Below are positions 7,967 to 20,297 of a DNA stretch of 64,000 nt, piece by piece (the first letter of the stretch is position 1; every line of letters begins with the position of its first letter). A model generated the notes under the pieces. That model ran no database searches and was not told the origin of the DNA. It saw nothing but the letters and a program-made list of their open reading frames with translations. Position numbers and translations under genes: made by a program. Origin of the DNA: an uncultured Streptococcus sp. (lineage in GTDB: Bacteria > Bacillota > Bacilli > Lactobacillales > Streptococcaceae); assembly GCA_963554245.1 (NCBI GenBank), contig CAUVRF010000001.1, positions 4,400-68,399 on the forward strand, in the 5' to 3' direction.

Positions 7967-10195
7967 ATGAAGTATTTAAGCAGCCAAGACATCAAGGATC
8001 GTCAACGAAATATCAGTGACATTAAACCTTATAAAACAACCAAGGAAATCATTTTTTCAAATATCTTTACCTTTTTTAATGCTATGAACTTGGCTCTGGC
8101 AGTTCTGGTAGCCACAACCTTGCGATTTGAAAATATGCTCTTTTTAGGTGTGATTGCTATCAATACAGCCATTGGGATTTTCCAAGAAGTGCGTTCAAAA
8201 AATGCCTTAGAAAAGCTAAGTTTGCTTGGTAAAAGTAAGTACAAAGTCAATCGAGATGGTCAAACAATCGAGATTGATCCAGAGGACATCGTTCTGGGTG
8301 AGTATCTGCATCTCAATCTGGGTGATCAGGTGCCTGTCGATGCAGAAGTTCTTGAAGGGAATATTGAAGTTGATGAGTCCTTGCTGACTGGTGAGAGTGA
8401 TTCAGTCTTTAAAACGGTTGGTGACCAGCTGATGAGCGGAAGCAATGTCGTTAGCGGTACTTGTCTGGTCACGGCGACGGCTGTGGGGCAGGATAGTTAT
8501 ATCAACAAACTCGCAAAATCCAGCAAGGAATTCAAAAAATACCCTTCTCAACTACGCGATTACATGGATAAGATTTTAAAAATCGTCTCGATCTTGCTGG
8601 TGCCAGTTGCCATTCTGCTCTATATCAGAGGTTTTAGTCTAGGACGGTCTTATGTTGAGATTGTTTTAGGAAGTTCAGGTGCCTTGGTCGGCATGATTCC
8701 AGAGGGTTTGATTCTCTTGGTTAGCGTCTCCCTAGCGGTAGCAGCCATGAAGTTGGTTAAAAAGAAGGTTCTAGTGCAGGAACTATACTGTGTAGAGACC
8801 TTGGCGCGTGTAGATGTTCTTTGTTTTGATAAAACGGGGACGATCACGACTGGTAATATGAAGGTCCAAGAAATAGATGATAAGCTAGCAGAGAAACTAT
8901 CTTCTTATCTAGCTTATTTCGAGGATGAAAATGCAACTTCCCGAGCTCTGAAGACGTACTTAATGTGTGAGAAAAAATGGGAAGTTCAAGAAGTTGGTGC
9001 CTTTTCAAGTAAAAACAAGTATTCCTTTGTCCAAGTAAAAGAGGGTGGGACCTATTTCTTCGGTGCTTATGAATTTCTAGGCTTTACCCAGCCGATGGAT
9101 CCTTACTATGAACATCTAAAACAGCAAGGTTTTCGAATCTTGACACTCGCTCATAGCAAGGACCAGATTACTACCCCAGCCAATATGGAATTACTAGGTA
9201 ACGTCGTTCTGTCAGATGAGATTAAGGATAATACCAAGGAAACCTTTGACTATTTCGAGTCTCAGGGAGTGGAAGTAAAGATTATCAGTGGAGATAATCA
9301 TGTGGCTGTATATGGGGTTGCTCGTAAGGCAGGTTTTAAAGAAGAAGCCCGTGCGATTGATATGACCAAGGTGAGTGATGAGAACTTTGAAAGAGTGGTT
9401 TTGGAGCATGATATCTTTGGTCGCGTGACACCAGAGCAGAAAGAAAAGATGGTGACCGTTTTGCAGAATGCTGGGAAAACAGTCGCCATGAGTGGTGATG
9501 GTGTCAATGATGTTCTGGCTCTCAAAAAAGCAGATATTAGTTTTGCTATGAATGGAGCCACCAGTGCAGCAAAAAGCGTCTCCAATATTGTTTTTCTCAC
9601 AGATGACTTTGCAGTATTTTATGATATCTTGATGGAAGGACGCCGGGTCATTAACAACATCCAAAAGGTAGCCTCTCTTTTTCTAACAAAGACCTTCTTC
9701 TCCATCGTTTTTGCCATTTTGAGTGTGGTATTTGGTTTGGAATTTGCCTTTATCCCCATTCAGTTTACAATCATTTCAGCCATTACGATTGGGATTCCAT
9801 CCTTCTTCCTGACTTTTGAGTCCAATAAAGAAAAGGTTAGCACTCACTTTATGAGAGATATCCTAACCAACGCGGCGATTGGTGGTGGCGTTCTGGTTGC
9901 TAGTGTTCTTTTGACCAATTTCTTTATCACTGTCCCAGGTCAGGTCAAATTTATTTGCTTCCTCCTTGCCCTGATCAATGGTCTGTGTCTAGTTGCCAAG
10001 GTCAGCTTGCCTTTTAATCGATACAAGATGCTTTTGCTCACGTTTTTGAGCCTTGCAGCCCTTGTTGGTGTACTTGCCAATACTTTTATCCTACAGGGAG
10101 CTTTTGTGCCTTTAGAAGCCAAACAGCTACTCTATGTTGCCATACTAGCAGTGGTGATTGGGTGCTTTCATTATCTTACTAGGAGAAAAAGTTGA
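7967..10195 (+). CDS. Cation-translocating P-type ATPase (CtpE-like)
   Basis: TGES, IPEGL, DKTGT and GDGVND motifs. GGAG RBS precedes ATG7967. Confidence 0.9.
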   Translation: MKYLSSQDIKDRQRNISDIKPYKTTKEIIFSNIFTFFNAMNLALAVLVATTLRFENMLFLGVIAINTAIGIFQEVRSKNALEKLSLLGKSKYKVNRDGQTIEIDPEDIVLGEYLHLNLGDQVPVDAEVLEGNIEVDESLLTGESDSVFKTVGDQLMSGSNVVSGTCLVTATAVGQDSYINKLAKSSKEFKKYPSQLRDYMDKILKIVSILLVPVAILLYIRGFSLGRSYVEIVLGSSGALVGMIPEGLILLVSVSLAVAAMKLVKKKVLVQELYCVETLARVDVLCFDKTGTITTGNMKVQEIDDKLAEKLSSYLAYFEDENATSRALKTYLMCEKKWEVQEVGAFSSKNKYSFVQVKEGGTYFFGAYEFLGFTQPMDPYYEHLKQQGFRILTLAHSKDQITTPANMELLGNVVLSDEIKDNTKETFDYFESQGVEVKIISGDNHVAVYGVARKAGFKEEARAIDMTKVSDENFERVVLEHDIFGRVTPEQKEKMVTVLQNAGKTVAMSGDGVNDVLALKKADISFAMNGATSAAKSVSNIVFLTDDFAVFYDILMEGRRVINNIQKVASLFLTKTFFSIVFAILSVVFGLEFAFIPIQFTIISAITIGIPSFFLTFESNKEKVSTHFMRDILTNAAIGGGVLVASVLLTNFFITVPGQVKFICFLLALINGLCLVAKVSLPFNRYKMLLLTFLSLAALVGVLANTFILQGAFVPLEAKQLLYVAILAVVIGCFHYLTRRKS

Positions 10196-10200
10196 TACAT

Positions 10201-10233
10201 AAAAAGAATCAGGTTTAATCCTGATTCTTTTTT
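10201..10233. terminator. Bidirectional terminator between the P-type ATPase and manN
   Basis: AAAAAGAATCAGG-tttaat-CCTGATTCTTTTTT between convergent genes. Confidence 0.8.
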
Positions 10234-10254
10234 GTTTATATATTCTCACCGAGA

Positions 10255-11166
10255 TTACATGATACCGAAGAAACGAGCTGCGATACCAACTGCAAAGAGG
10301 GCAAGGATGATTGTGATTGGAGATACTTTTTTCTTAAGCAACCACATGCAAAGGAAAGTAAGGAGAAGTCCCATCAATCCTGGAATCAATGAGTTCAACT
10401 GACCTTGAAGGGTTTGTGGTTGAATCTTATCTAGGCTCAATCCACCAAGTGCTTGACCAAGGATACCTTTTAATTCAGCACCTGATACAGGACCTTCTGG
10501 GAAGTTGATGTAGGCACCTTCAGCCAATTGTTTACCAGGAAGGTTAACAGTGAAGTTGATAGATACCCAACGTTGTACAAGAACAGCAAGGATGAACATA
10601 CCAAGGATAGAAGCACCTTTAGTGATGTCTTTCAAGATACCACCAGACATGTCTTTAGTGATTTCAGATCCAGCTTTGTAACCAAACTCTTGTGTGTACC
10701 ATAGGAAGGCCATACGGATCGCATTCCATCCGAAGAAGAAGAGAAGTGGACCAACCAAGTTACCAGATGCAGCAAGTGATGCACCAAGAGCTCCAAGGAT
10801 AGGACGAACTGTAAACCAGAATACTGGGTCACCGATACCAGCAAGAGGTCCCATCATACCGATTTTAACCCCTTGGATAGCCGCGTCGTCGATTTCAACA
10901 CCGTTAGCGCGCTCTTCTTCAAGTGCAAGAGTAACCCCCATGATTGGAGCAGCGACGTATGGGTGAGTGTTGAAGAATTCAAGGTGGCGCTCAAGAGCAG
11001 CCGCTTGGTCTTCTTTTTTAGTGTACAATTTTTTGATAGCTGGGATCAATGAGTAAGCCCAACCCAAGTTTTGCATACGTTCGTAGTTCCAAGAACCTTG
11101 AAGGAATTGTGAACGCCACCAAACTTTTTGACGATCTGATTTTGATAATTGAATTTTTTCAGCCAT
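10255..11166 (-). CDS. manN: PTS mannose-family IID component
   Basis: SWNYERMQNLG, FFNTHP and MGPLAGIGD motifs. Confidence 0.95.
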   Translation of the reverse strand: MAEKIQLSKSDRQKVWWRSQFLQGSWNYERMQNLGWAYSLIPAIKKLYTKKEDQAAALERHLEFFNTHPYVAAPIMGVTLALEEERANGVEIDDAAIQGVKIGMMGPLAGIGDPVFWFTVRPILGALGASLAASGNLVGPLLFFFGWNAIRMAFLWYTQEFGYKAGSEITKDMSGGILKDITKGASILGMFILAVLVQRWVSINFTVNLPGKQLAEGAYINFPEGPVSGAELKGILGQALGGLSLDKIQPQTLQGQLNSLIPGLMGLLLTFLCMWLLKKKVSPITIILALFAVGIAARFFGIM

Positions 11167-11180
11167 GATTGTTCCCCTTT

Positions 11181-11993
11181 CTAGTAGTCTTCTAGGATAT
11201 CACCGATTGGGTCGTTAGAAGTCGCAGCTCCGCCGCCACCGTTACCACCTTGTTTTGTAAGGTTAAGGTAGATGAAGGCAAGGGCAACACCGATGACACC
11301 AAGGGCAATCAAAGTCAATTGAGAAATAGCTGCAAAAGCAAAACCGATTGCGAAGAATGGCCATACTTCACGAGTTGCCATCATGTTGATAACCATAGCG
11401 TAACCAACGGCAACGACCATAGCACCACCGACAGCCATACCACCGTTCAACCAGTCTGGCATCAATTTAAGAGCATCTTGAACTGCAGAAGCTGGGATAG
11501 CGATAAGGAAGGCTGCAGGGATAGCAATACGAAGACCTTGAAGAAGAAGTGCGATAAAGTGAGCACGCTCAACAGCTGCAATATTTCCTTCTTTAGCAGC
11601 AGCATCTGCAGTGTGAACCAAACCAACTGAGATTGTACGAACAATCATAGTCAAGAAAAGTCCAGCTACGGCAAGAGGGATAGCTGTTGCTGTTGCAACT
11701 GCGATACCTTCAGTAGTAAAGTTACCACCTTTGATCAAGATGATTGCTGCGGCAACAGATGCAAGAGCAGCGTCAGGAGCTACGGCAGCTCCGATGTTTG
11801 CCCAACCAAGGGCGATCATTTGAAGAGATCCACCAAGCATAACACCTGCTTCGAGGTTACCAGTTGCAAGTCCGATAAGGGTACATGCGACGATTGGTTG
11901 ATGGAATTGGAATTGGTCGAGGATACCTTCAAGACCTGCAAGGAAGGCAACAACTACAACCAAGATAGCAGAAATGATTGAAATATCTGACAT
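11181..11993 (-). CDS. manM: PTS mannose-family IIC component
   Basis: LDQFQFHQPIVAC, GWANIGAAVAPD, C-terminal DPIGDILEDY. Confidence 0.95.
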   Translation of the reverse strand: MSDISIISAILVVVVAFLAGLEGILDQFQFHQPIVACTLIGLATGNLEAGVMLGGSLQMIALGWANIGAAVAPDAALASVAAAIILIKGGNFTTEGIAVATATAIPLAVAGLFLTMIVRTISVGLVHTADAAAKEGNIAAVERAHFIALLLQGLRIAIPAAFLIAIPASAVQDALKLMPDWLNGGMAVGGAMVVAVGYAMVINMMATREVWPFFAIGFAFAAISQLTLIALGVIGVALAFIYLNLTKQGGNGGGGAATSNDPIGDILEDY

Positions 11994-12068
11994 GGTTTTA
12001 TTCCTTTTCTATTTAGTTTTAATAAAGTATTTAATCCTGTTTTCAAAAATGATAGAAACAGATTAACA

Positions 12069-13058
12069 TTATTGAACATTTGCTTTCTTAATCAAGTCAA
12101 ACAAATCTTTTTTCGTGTCGTTTGGTACTTTACGTACGTCAAATTCAACACCGAGGTCACGCATTTTTTCAAATGTAGCAACGTCTTCTTTGTCCATAGA
12201 CAAAACGTTGTTAATCATTGTTTTACCTGTTGAGTGAGCCATAGAACCAACGTTAAGGGTCTTGATTGGCACGCCACCTTCGATAGCACGAAGTGCATCT
12301 TGTGGAGTTTCAAACAAGATAAGGGCATGAGTTTCTCCGAAACGTGGGTCTTTTGCAACGTCGATCAATTTCTGGATTGGGACAACGTTGGCTTTTACTC
12401 CATTAGGAGCTGCTTGTTTGATCAATTCTTTACGCAACTCGTCGTTTGCAACGTTGTCTGAAGCAACGATGATACGATCTGCTTTTGAATCTGGAGTCCA
12501 AGCAGTGGCAACCTGACCGTGAAGGAGACGAGTGTCTAGACGAGCAAGGTTGATTTTCAGTTTACCGTCACCGATAACTGTTCCTTCTGGAATAGCAGCT
12601 TGTGAAACTGGAGCAGCTGCAGCAGTTGCAACTTCCTCAACTGGGTTAAGCTCTTCTGGAAGAGCCTTGATGCCATCTTTGGCTTCTTTAATGATATTCG
12701 CAGCGACTTTATCCACACCTGCAGTAGCGTCCATAAGGCGCTCAGTGTAGGCTTGGATCAACATCGGCAAGTTAAGCCCTGTGATGATGGCAAACTTACG
12801 CTCAGGATTTTCTCCCATCACGCGGCTAGCTTGGTTGAACGGAGATCCACTCCAAAGGTCAGCCAATACTAGAACCTCATCTTCTGCGTCAAATGCAGCC
12901 ACAGCGTTGTTGAATTTAGCGTAAAGGTCATCTGGACCTTCATTTGGCATAAAGGTTACAACTTGAACCTTTTCTTGTTCACCAAAGATCATAGATCCTG
13001 ACTGATGAATACCCGCAGCAAATTCGCCGTGGCTCGCAATAATGATTCCGATACTCAT
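12069..13058 (-). CDS. manL: PTS mannose-family IIAB component
   Basis: IASHGEFA (IIA His) and [11 protein letters not shown] (IIB His). Start chosen by RBS spacing; 13067 is the alternative. Confidence 0.95.
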   Translation of the reverse strand: MSIGIIIASHGEFAAGIHQSGSMIFGEQEKVQVVTFMPNEGPDDLYAKFNNAVAAFDAEDEVLVLADLWSGSPFNQASRVMGENPERKFAIITGLNLPMLIQAYTERLMDATAGVDKVAANIIKEAKDGIKALPEELNPVEEVATAAAAPVSQAAIPEGTVIGDGKLKINLARLDTRLLHGQVATAWTPDSKADRIIVASDNVANDELRKELIKQAAPNGVKANVVPIQKLIDVAKDPRFGETHALILFETPQDALRAIEGGVPIKTLNVGSMAHSTGKTMINNVLSMDKEDVATFEKMRDLGVEFDVRKVPNDTKKDLFDLIKKANVQ

Positions 13059-13088
13059 TATTGTCATTCCTCCTTTTAAAATGTTTGA

Positions 13089-13151
13089 CTTATAGGTTTC
13101 CTAAAAAACCTCAGACGTACCTAGTATAAATCGTTTTCATATAAAAATCAA
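13089..13151 (-). promoter_or_regulatory. manL promoter with overlapping cre site and a CiaR-like direct repeat
   Basis: Minus strand: TTGATT-17-TATACT (13151-13123), cre-like TGAAAACGATTTAT (13139-13126) and TTTAGG-N5-TATAAG (13105-13089). Confidence 0.65.
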
Positions 13152-13340
13152 CTACTTTTTCGAAAATTGTAAAAGTTTTCAATGAAAATAGTCTTACAAA
13201 ATGTTAATATATAAATAATTTCAAAAAATATATGAAAATTGCAATAGAAAATTTAATATAAAAATACTGAAAATGAGTGACCTTCATGAAAATAGAATGA
13301 AAATAAAAAGGAAAGATTGCTATTCTGCAATCTTTCCTTT

Positions 13341-14153
13341 TTATAGGAATAAATTTTGTAAAGCGTGGGCAACTCCGTCTTCTTCGTTTGTCAGAGGAAG
13401 CTGTTCGTCTGCATATGGAAGGAGAGCAGGATTGGCGTTTTTCATAGCATATCCCTTGCCTGCAAATGCTAACATTTCCGTATCGTTATGCTCATCACCA
13501 AAGGCGATTAAGTCTTTTTTATCACGATTCATAACATTGAGCAAGTACTCTAGAGCAAAGGCTTTGTTTACCCCCTTGGGTGTACATTCGAGGATGTTGA
13601 GAGGGCCACCCCAGGTATTGATAGCTAGTTGATGCTGATAAAAACGATTCATCTCGTCCGCTAGAGCGTATTTGTCCTCAACCCTTGTTTGCAAGAGAAT
13701 GCAGTTAGGATTCTTGGTTACTCGTTCGGGTTTGAATTGATTTTCCGGTTGGAAGTTCTCTACGCCAAATAGTTTAGGGTCCGCAATTTCTTCATTCGGA
13801 GCTGTAATGTAAAATTTCTTACGGTATTCTCCTGCAATAAAGTCGGCCTGAATATCCTCTTTACGTTTGACCATATCTAGGAGATATTTTTTGTCCAAGG
13901 TTAAGCATCTTTCGTGCTCCCAAGCCTGTCCTGGTAGATGGGTGAGGGAACCATTAAAGTTAATCATAGGAGTATGTAGCTCTAGTTCGCGGTAGAAGTC
14001 TTTTGCCATGCGATACGGGCGCCCCGTCGTGATGATGACATGGTGTCCTTTTTCTGAAATTTTTTTGATTGTCTCTTTGGTAAAATCGGAGAGCTTGCTT
14101 TCGCTATTCAGCAGGGTTCCGTCCAAATCGACTGCGATAATTTTTTTAGTCAT
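13341..14153 (-). CDS. Cof-type HAD-IIB hydrolase
   Basis: DLDGTLL, TTGR and FGDEHND motifs. Confidence 0.92.
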   Translation of the reverse strand: MTKKIIAVDLDGTLLNSESKLSDFTKETIKKISEKGHHVIITTGRPYRMAKDFYRELELHTPMINFNGSLTHLPGQAWEHERCLTLDKKYLLDMVKRKEDIQADFIAGEYRKKFYITAPNEEIADPKLFGVENFQPENQFKPERVTKNPNCILLQTRVEDKYALADEMNRFYQHQLAINTWGGPLNILECTPKGVNKAFALEYLLNVMNRDKKDLIAFGDEHNDTEMLAFAGKGYAMKNANPALLPYADEQLPLTNEEDGVAHALQNLFL

Positions 14154-14310
14154 ATAAACCTTCCTAGTCGTTTCCAGATAAGATGTCTACTATTATATCA
14201 AAAAGAAAGAAGAAAAGCAGACTCGAGATAAAAAACAAAAATTGTTCCAATTTGGTAAATAAACCAAATAAACATATTGAAAAGGTGAATGATAAGTGGT
14301 ATAATAATAA

Positions 14311-14323
14311 TATTGTTCGTAAA
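14311..14323. promoter_or_regulatory. PurBox-like PurR site upstream of the nucleobase permease
   Basis: TATTGTTCGTAAA (reverse complement TTTACGAACAATA) just downstream of TGGTATAAT. Confidence 0.5.
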
Positions 14324-14343
14324 AAAACAAAAGGAGATTCATA

Positions 14344-15762
14344 ATGGATAAACTATTTAAACTAAAAGAGAACGGGACGGACGTTCGTACGGAGGTTCTC
14401 GCTGGTTTAACAACTTTCTTTGCAATGAGTTACATTCTCTTTGTGAACCCACAAATGCTTGCGCAGACAGGGATGCCTGCTCAAGGTGTTTTCCTAGCAA
14501 CAATTATTGGTGCAGTAGCTGGTACCCTGATGATGGCCTTCTATGCGAACCTGCCATACGCTCAAGCACCAGGTATGGGACTCAATGCCTTCTTTACCTT
14601 TACAGTCGTATTTGGACTTGGTTATTCATGGCAAGAGGCCTTGGCTATGGTCTTTATCTGTGGAATTATTTCACTAATCATTACCTTAACAAATGTTCGT
14701 AAAATGATTATTGAATCCATTCCCAATGCGCTTCGTTCGGCTATTTCAGCAGGTATCGGTGTCTTCCTTGCCTATGTAGGGATTAAGAATGCTGGTCTTT
14801 TGAAATTCTCTATTGATCCAGGAAGTTATACAGTTGCTGGTGAGGGTGCTGATAAGGCCCAAGCAGCCATTACAGCAAACTCTTCAGCAGTTCCAGGTCT
14901 GGTTAGCTTTAATAATCCGGCTGTTTTAGTGGCTATTGCAGGTTTGGCGATTACGATTTTCTTTGTTATCAAGGGTATCAAGGGAGGAATTATTCTTTCT
15001 ATCCTAACAACGACAGTTCTTGCTATCGCTGTTGGTTTGGTTGATGTATCAAGCATTGATTTTTCTAATAACCATGTGGGTGCAGCCTTTGAAGATTTGA
15101 AGACAATCTTTGGTGCAGCACTTGGCTCACAAGGATTGGGTGATTTAATCTCAGACACTGCTCGTCTACCGGAAACGCTTATGGCTATTCTGGCCTTCTC
15201 GTTGACAGATATTTTTGACACAATTGGTACCTTGATTGGTACAGGTGAAAAAGTCGGTATCGTAGCGACAAATGGTGAAAATCACCAATCAGATAAGTTG
15301 GATAAGGCTCTTTACTCTGACTTGATTGGTACTTCAATTGGTGCTATCGCAGGTACTTCAAACGTAACGACTTATGTTGAGTCTGCTGCTGGTATTGGTG
15401 CAGGTGGACGTACTGGATTAACTGCCTTGGTGGTTGCGGTTTGTTTTGCAATTTCAAGTTTCTTTAGTCCACTTTTGGCAATTGTTCCATCAGCTGCGAC
15501 GGCTCCAATTTTGATTATCGTTGGGATTATGATGCTCGGTAGTTTGAAAAACATCCATTGGGATGATATGGCTGAAGCTGTCCCTGCCTTCTTCACATCT
15601 ATCTTCATGGGATTCAGCTACTCTATCACACAAGGGATTGCAGTTGGTTTCTTGACTTATACGTTAACAAAAGTTGTCAAAGGTCAAGCAAAGGACGTGC
15701 ACGCGATGATTTGGATTTTGGATGCCTTGTTTATCCTTAACTATATCAGTATGGCGCTTTAA
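14344..15762 (+). CDS. NCS2/AzgA-family purine permease
   Basis: TEVLAGLTTF, APGMGLNAFF and YVESAAGIGAGGRTG motifs. Confidence 0.92.
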   Translation: MDKLFKLKENGTDVRTEVLAGLTTFFAMSYILFVNPQMLAQTGMPAQGVFLATIIGAVAGTLMMAFYANLPYAQAPGMGLNAFFTFTVVFGLGYSWQEALAMVFICGIISLIITLTNVRKMIIESIPNALRSAISAGIGVFLAYVGIKNAGLLKFSIDPGSYTVAGEGADKAQAAITANSSAVPGLVSFNNPAVLVAIAGLAITIFFVIKGIKGGIILSILTTTVLAIAVGLVDVSSIDFSNNHVGAAFEDLKTIFGAALGSQGLGDLISDTARLPETLMAILAFSLTDIFDTIGTLIGTGEKVGIVATNGENHQSDKLDKALYSDLIGTSIGAIAGTSNVTTYVESAAGIGAGGRTGLTALVVAVCFAISSFFSPLLAIVPSAATAPILIIVGIMMLGSLKNIHWDDMAEAVPAFFTSIFMGFSYSITQGIAVGFLTYTLTKVVKGQAKDVHAMIWILDALFILNYISMAL

Positions 15763-15816
15763 ATGATATAATAGTAGAAAAGGGGTTATCCCCCTTTTAC
15801 TATAAGGAGGTATATC

Positions 15817-16524
15817 ATGAAAGAAAAGACGATCTGGCGAGAGGTTTGGGACAGAGGGATGTGGATCCTCATCCTTTTAGCAGCTTTTGTCCTATCACAA
15901 TTTCCTTTAGGGTTATCCGCTTGGTTGACTTCTAAACAATTTCCGCTTTTGCAGTCAGGACTCTTAGTTGGTGCTTTGTCTATTGTCGTTTTGGTAGTAT
16001 TCATCATTGGTGCGCGAAAAACAAAGCTTGCTACCTTTGATCTATCCTTTTTTAAGGCTAAGGATCTAGCTCGCTTGGTATTGAGCTATCTAGTAATCTT
16101 TGCTACTAATTTGTTGGGCTCAGCTTTGCTTCGCATGATGAATGAAACAACGACCAGTAACCAATCAATACTGAATGGTTTAGTTCAGAATAGTTCCTTG
16201 ATTTCAACTTTCTTTCTACTAGTCTTGATTGCGCCGATTTGTGAAGAAATTTTGTGTCGTGGGATTATTCCCCAAAAGATCTTCCGTGGAAAAGAAAAAC
16301 TTGGCTTTGTTGTTGGTGCAATCGTCTTTGCCTTGCTCCATACGCCAACCAATCTGCCTTCTGTGATTATTTATGGAGGGATGTCAACGGTTCTGACTTG
16401 GACAGCCTACAAGACGGGACGTTTGGAGATGTCAATCCTGCTTCATATGATTCTCAATGGTATTGCTTTTTGTTTAATAGCCTTGGTAGTCTTGATTAGT
16501 AGAAATCTAGGTCTATCATTCTAA
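15817..16524 (+). CDS. CPBP (CAAX protease/Abi) intramembrane metalloprotease
   Basis: EEILCRG, FALLH and HMILN motifs intact. Confidence 0.9.
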   Translation: MKEKTIWREVWDRGMWILILLAAFVLSQFPLGLSAWLTSKQFPLLQSGLLVGALSIVVLVVFIIGARKTKLATFDLSFFKAKDLARLVLSYLVIFATNLLGSALLRMMNETTTSNQSILNGLVQNSSLISTFFLLVLIAPICEEILCRGIIPQKIFRGKEKLGFVVGAIVFALLHTPTNLPSVIIYGGMSTVLTWTAYKTGRLEMSILLHMILNGIAFCLIALVVLISRNLGLSF

Positions 16525-16590
16525 GCCATTGACCTACTTGGAAAAGATGAATACTAGCGTGTCCATCTTTTTCTTTTTATGGTAAAATAG

Positions 16591-17574
<984 letters not shown>

Positions 17575-17575
17575 T

Positions 17576-18898
17576 ATGAACGAAATTGAAAACAATCAGT
17601 GGATTGCCCACTACCGGACGGACCAACCACATTTTGGTTTGGAACGAATGGTGGAACTCCTAGCTCTGCGGGGCAATCCCCATCTCAAACTTAAGGTCAT
17701 CCATATTGGAGGGACCAATGGCAAGGGGTCTACCATTGCTTTTTTGAAAAAGATGCTGGAAAAGCTAGGTCTAAGAGTTGGTGTGTTCAGTTCGCCCTAT
17801 CTCATTCATTACACAGACCAAATTAGCATCAACGGGGAATCTATCCCCGAGGCTAGGCTAGAAGCCCTCATGGCGGACTATCGTGCTTTACTCGAGGGGG
17901 AGAATGGCGCTGCTTTACAAGGGACGACCGAATTTGAGATTATCACAGCCCTAGCCTATGATTATTTTGCCACTGAAAAAGTTGATGTGGCTATCATGGA
18001 AGTCGGCATGGGTGGACTTCTGGATAGTACCAATGTCTGCCAGCCCATTCTGACAGGCATCACGACCATTGGCTTGGACCATGTAGCCCTACTTGGTGAT
18101 ACCTTGGAAGCCATAGCAGAGCAGAAAGCTGGAATCATCAAGCAAGGTGTTCCTTTGGTGACAGGTCATATTGTTCTTGAAGCCTTGACTGTGATAGACT
18201 CTATTGCAGAAGCTAAAAATGCGCCGAGACTTGCCTATGGGAGTGATTACCAGGTCAGTCATCAAAAGAGTGTGGTGACGGGTGAAATCTTTGATTATAC
18301 CAGTTCGGTCAGACAAGGTTGCTTTCAAACAGGTCTGCTTGGTTTACACCAGATAGACAATGCGGGGATGGCGCTTGCTCTCCTAGACACTTATTACCAG
18401 GAGACTGGGCGAGAATTAGCAAGTAATGACTTGGTTGCTCAAGCTTTGAAAGAAACCAGATGGCCAGGGCGTTTGGAGGTCGTGTCTAGCGAACCTATGA
18501 TGATTTTGGATGGGGCCCATAATCCCCATGCTATCAGGGCTTTACTAGCAACCTTGCAAGAACGCTTTGCGGATTATCATAAGGAAATCCTCTTTACCTG
18601 TATCAGAACCAAGGCCTTGGAAGATATGTTGGATTTGCTAGAAACGGTGCCAGATAGTCAATTGACTTTAACCCATTTTGACGATAGTCGGGCGACTGAT
18701 AAAAGCGTGCTGAAAGAGACAGCCAAGTCTAGAAATCTCAATTACCAAAGTTGGCAGGATTTTCTAGAGCAGAAATTGACAGATAAAAAAGAAGAGAAAC
18801 AAACAGTTAGGATTGTCACAGGTTCCTTGTATTTCTTGAGCCAAGTGAGAGCCTATCTGATGGAGAGGAAGAACGAGAATGGATACACAAAAGATTGA
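17576..18898 (+). CDS. folC: Dihydrofolate/folylpolyglutamate synthase (SulB)
   Basis: [25 protein letters not shown] and DGAHN motifs. Confidence 0.95.
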   Translation: MNEIENNQWIAHYRTDQPHFGLERMVELLALRGNPHLKLKVIHIGGTNGKGSTIAFLKKMLEKLGLRVGVFSSPYLIHYTDQISINGESIPEARLEALMADYRALLEGENGAALQGTTEFEIITALAYDYFATEKVDVAIMEVGMGGLLDSTNVCQPILTGITTIGLDHVALLGDTLEAIAEQKAGIIKQGVPLVTGHIVLEALTVIDSIAEAKNAPRLAYGSDYQVSHQKSVVTGEIFDYTSSVRQGCFQTGLLGLHQIDNAGMALALLDTYYQETGRELASNDLVAQALKETRWPGRLEVVSSEPMMILDGAHNPHAIRALLATLQERFADYHKEILFTCIRTKALEDMLDLLETVPDSQLTLTHFDDSRATDKSVLKETAKSRNLNYQSWQDFLEQKLTDKKEEKQTVRIVTGSLYFLSQVRAYLMERKNENGYTKD

Positions 18899-19433
18899 AA
18901 CGGCTGTAAAAATGATTATCGAGGCTGTTGGTGAGGACGCTAACCGCGAGGGCTTGCAGGAAACACCTGCTCGTGTAGCCCGTATGTACCAAGAGATTTT
19001 TTCAGGTCTTGGCCAAACCGCTGAGGAACACTTGTCAAAATCCTTTGAGATTATTGATGATAACATGGTGGTAGAAAAGGATATTTTTTTCCACACCATG
19101 TGTGAACACCACTTTCTGCCCTTTTATGGGAAAGCTCACATTGCCTACATTCCAGATGGTCGTGTGGCAGGCTTGTCCAAGCTAGCCCGTACGGTTGAAG
19201 TTTATTCTAAAAAACCACAGATTCAAGAACGGTTGAATATTGAAGTGGCTGATGCCTTGATGGACTATCTGGGTGCTAAAGGGGCCTTTGTTGTCATTGA
19301 GGCCGAGCATATGTGTATGAGCATGCGTGGTGTCAGAAAACCAGGCACTGCCACCTTGACGACAGTAGCTCGTGGTCTATTTGAAACAGATAAGGACCTC
19401 CGAGACCAGGCTTATCGTTTAATGGGACTATAA
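18879..19433 (+). CDS. folE: GTP cyclohydrolase I (SulC)
   Basis: [15 protein letters not shown] and HMCMSMRG motifs. Confidence 0.97.
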   Translation: MDTQKIETAVKMIIEAVGEDANREGLQETPARVARMYQEIFSGLGQTAEEHLSKSFEIIDDNMVVEKDIFFHTMCEHHFLPFYGKAHIAYIPDGRVAGLSKLARTVEVYSKKPQIQERLNIEVADALMDYLGAKGAFVVIEAEHMCMSMRGVRKPGTATLTTVARGLFETDKDLRDQAYRLMGL

Positions 19434-19475
19434 AAAGAATCCGCTTCATGCGGATTTTTCTAGAAAGGACTAGTT

Positions 19476-20297
19476 ATGGATCAACTGCAGATTAAAGATT
19501 TGGAAATTTTTGCCTATCATGGTCTTTTTCCTAGTGAGAAGGAATTGGGGCAAAAGTTTGTTATTTCCGCAAGCTTATCCTATGATATGACCAAGGCAGC
19601 GACAGACTTGGATTTAACAGCCTCTGTCCATTACGGAGAACTGTGTCAGCAGTGGACGACCTGGTTTCAGGAAACCACTGAGGACTTGATTGAAACGGTA
19701 GCCTACAAACTAGTTGAACGTACCTTTGAGACCTATCCTCTGGTTCAAGGGATTGAGTTGGAACTAAAAAAACCTTGGGCTCCAGTGCATTTACCGCTAG
19801 ATACCTGCTCGGTGACCATTCATCGTCATAAGCAACGGGCCTTTATCGCTCTAGGAAGCAATATGGGGGACAAGCAAGCAAACTTGGAACAAGCCATTGA
19901 CAAACTGCGAGCTCGAGGCATCCATATTCTCAAAGAGTCCAGTGTCTTGGCGACGGAACCTTGGGGTGGTGTGGAGCAGGATAGCTTTGCCAATCAGGTG
20001 ATTGAAGTAGAAACCTGGTTGCCAGCATCAGTCTTGTTAGAAACATTATTAGCCATCGAGTCAGAAATGGGGCGGGTGAGAGAAGTGCATTGGGGGCCTC
20101 GTTTGATTGATTTGGACCTGCTTTTTGTAGAAGACCAAGTCATCTATACAGACGAGCTCATCTTGCCTCATCCTTATATAGCAGAACGCCTCTTTGTCCT
20201 TGAGCCGTTAGTGGAAATAGCTCCCCATTTTATCCATCCAATCCTAAAGCAACCAATTCGGTACTTGGTTGACCAGTTGGAGCAAGGAAATGCCTAA
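19476..20297 (+). CDS. sulD: Bifunctional dihydroneopterin aldolase / HPPK (FolB-FolK)
   Basis: [13 protein letters not shown] (FolB), then [16 protein letters not shown] and LPHP (FolK). Confidence 0.95.
   Translation: MDQLQIKDLEIFAYHGLFPSEKELGQKFVISASLSYDMTKAATDLDLTASVHYGELCQQWTTWFQETTEDLIETVAYKLVERTFETYPLVQGIELELKKPWAPVHLPLDTCSVTIHRHKQRAFIALGSNMGDKQANLEQAIDKLRARGIHILKESSVLATEPWGGVEQDSFANQVIEVETWLPASVLLETLLAIESEMGRVREVHWGPRLIDLDLLFVEDQVIYTDELILPHPYIAERLFVLEPLVEIAPHFIHPILKQPIRYLVDQLEQGNA

Noticed and set aside
13160..13305. Several GAAAAT copies upstream of manL as an operator array
   Set aside because: Spacing is irregular and the DNA is very AT-rich, so chance occurrence is plausible.
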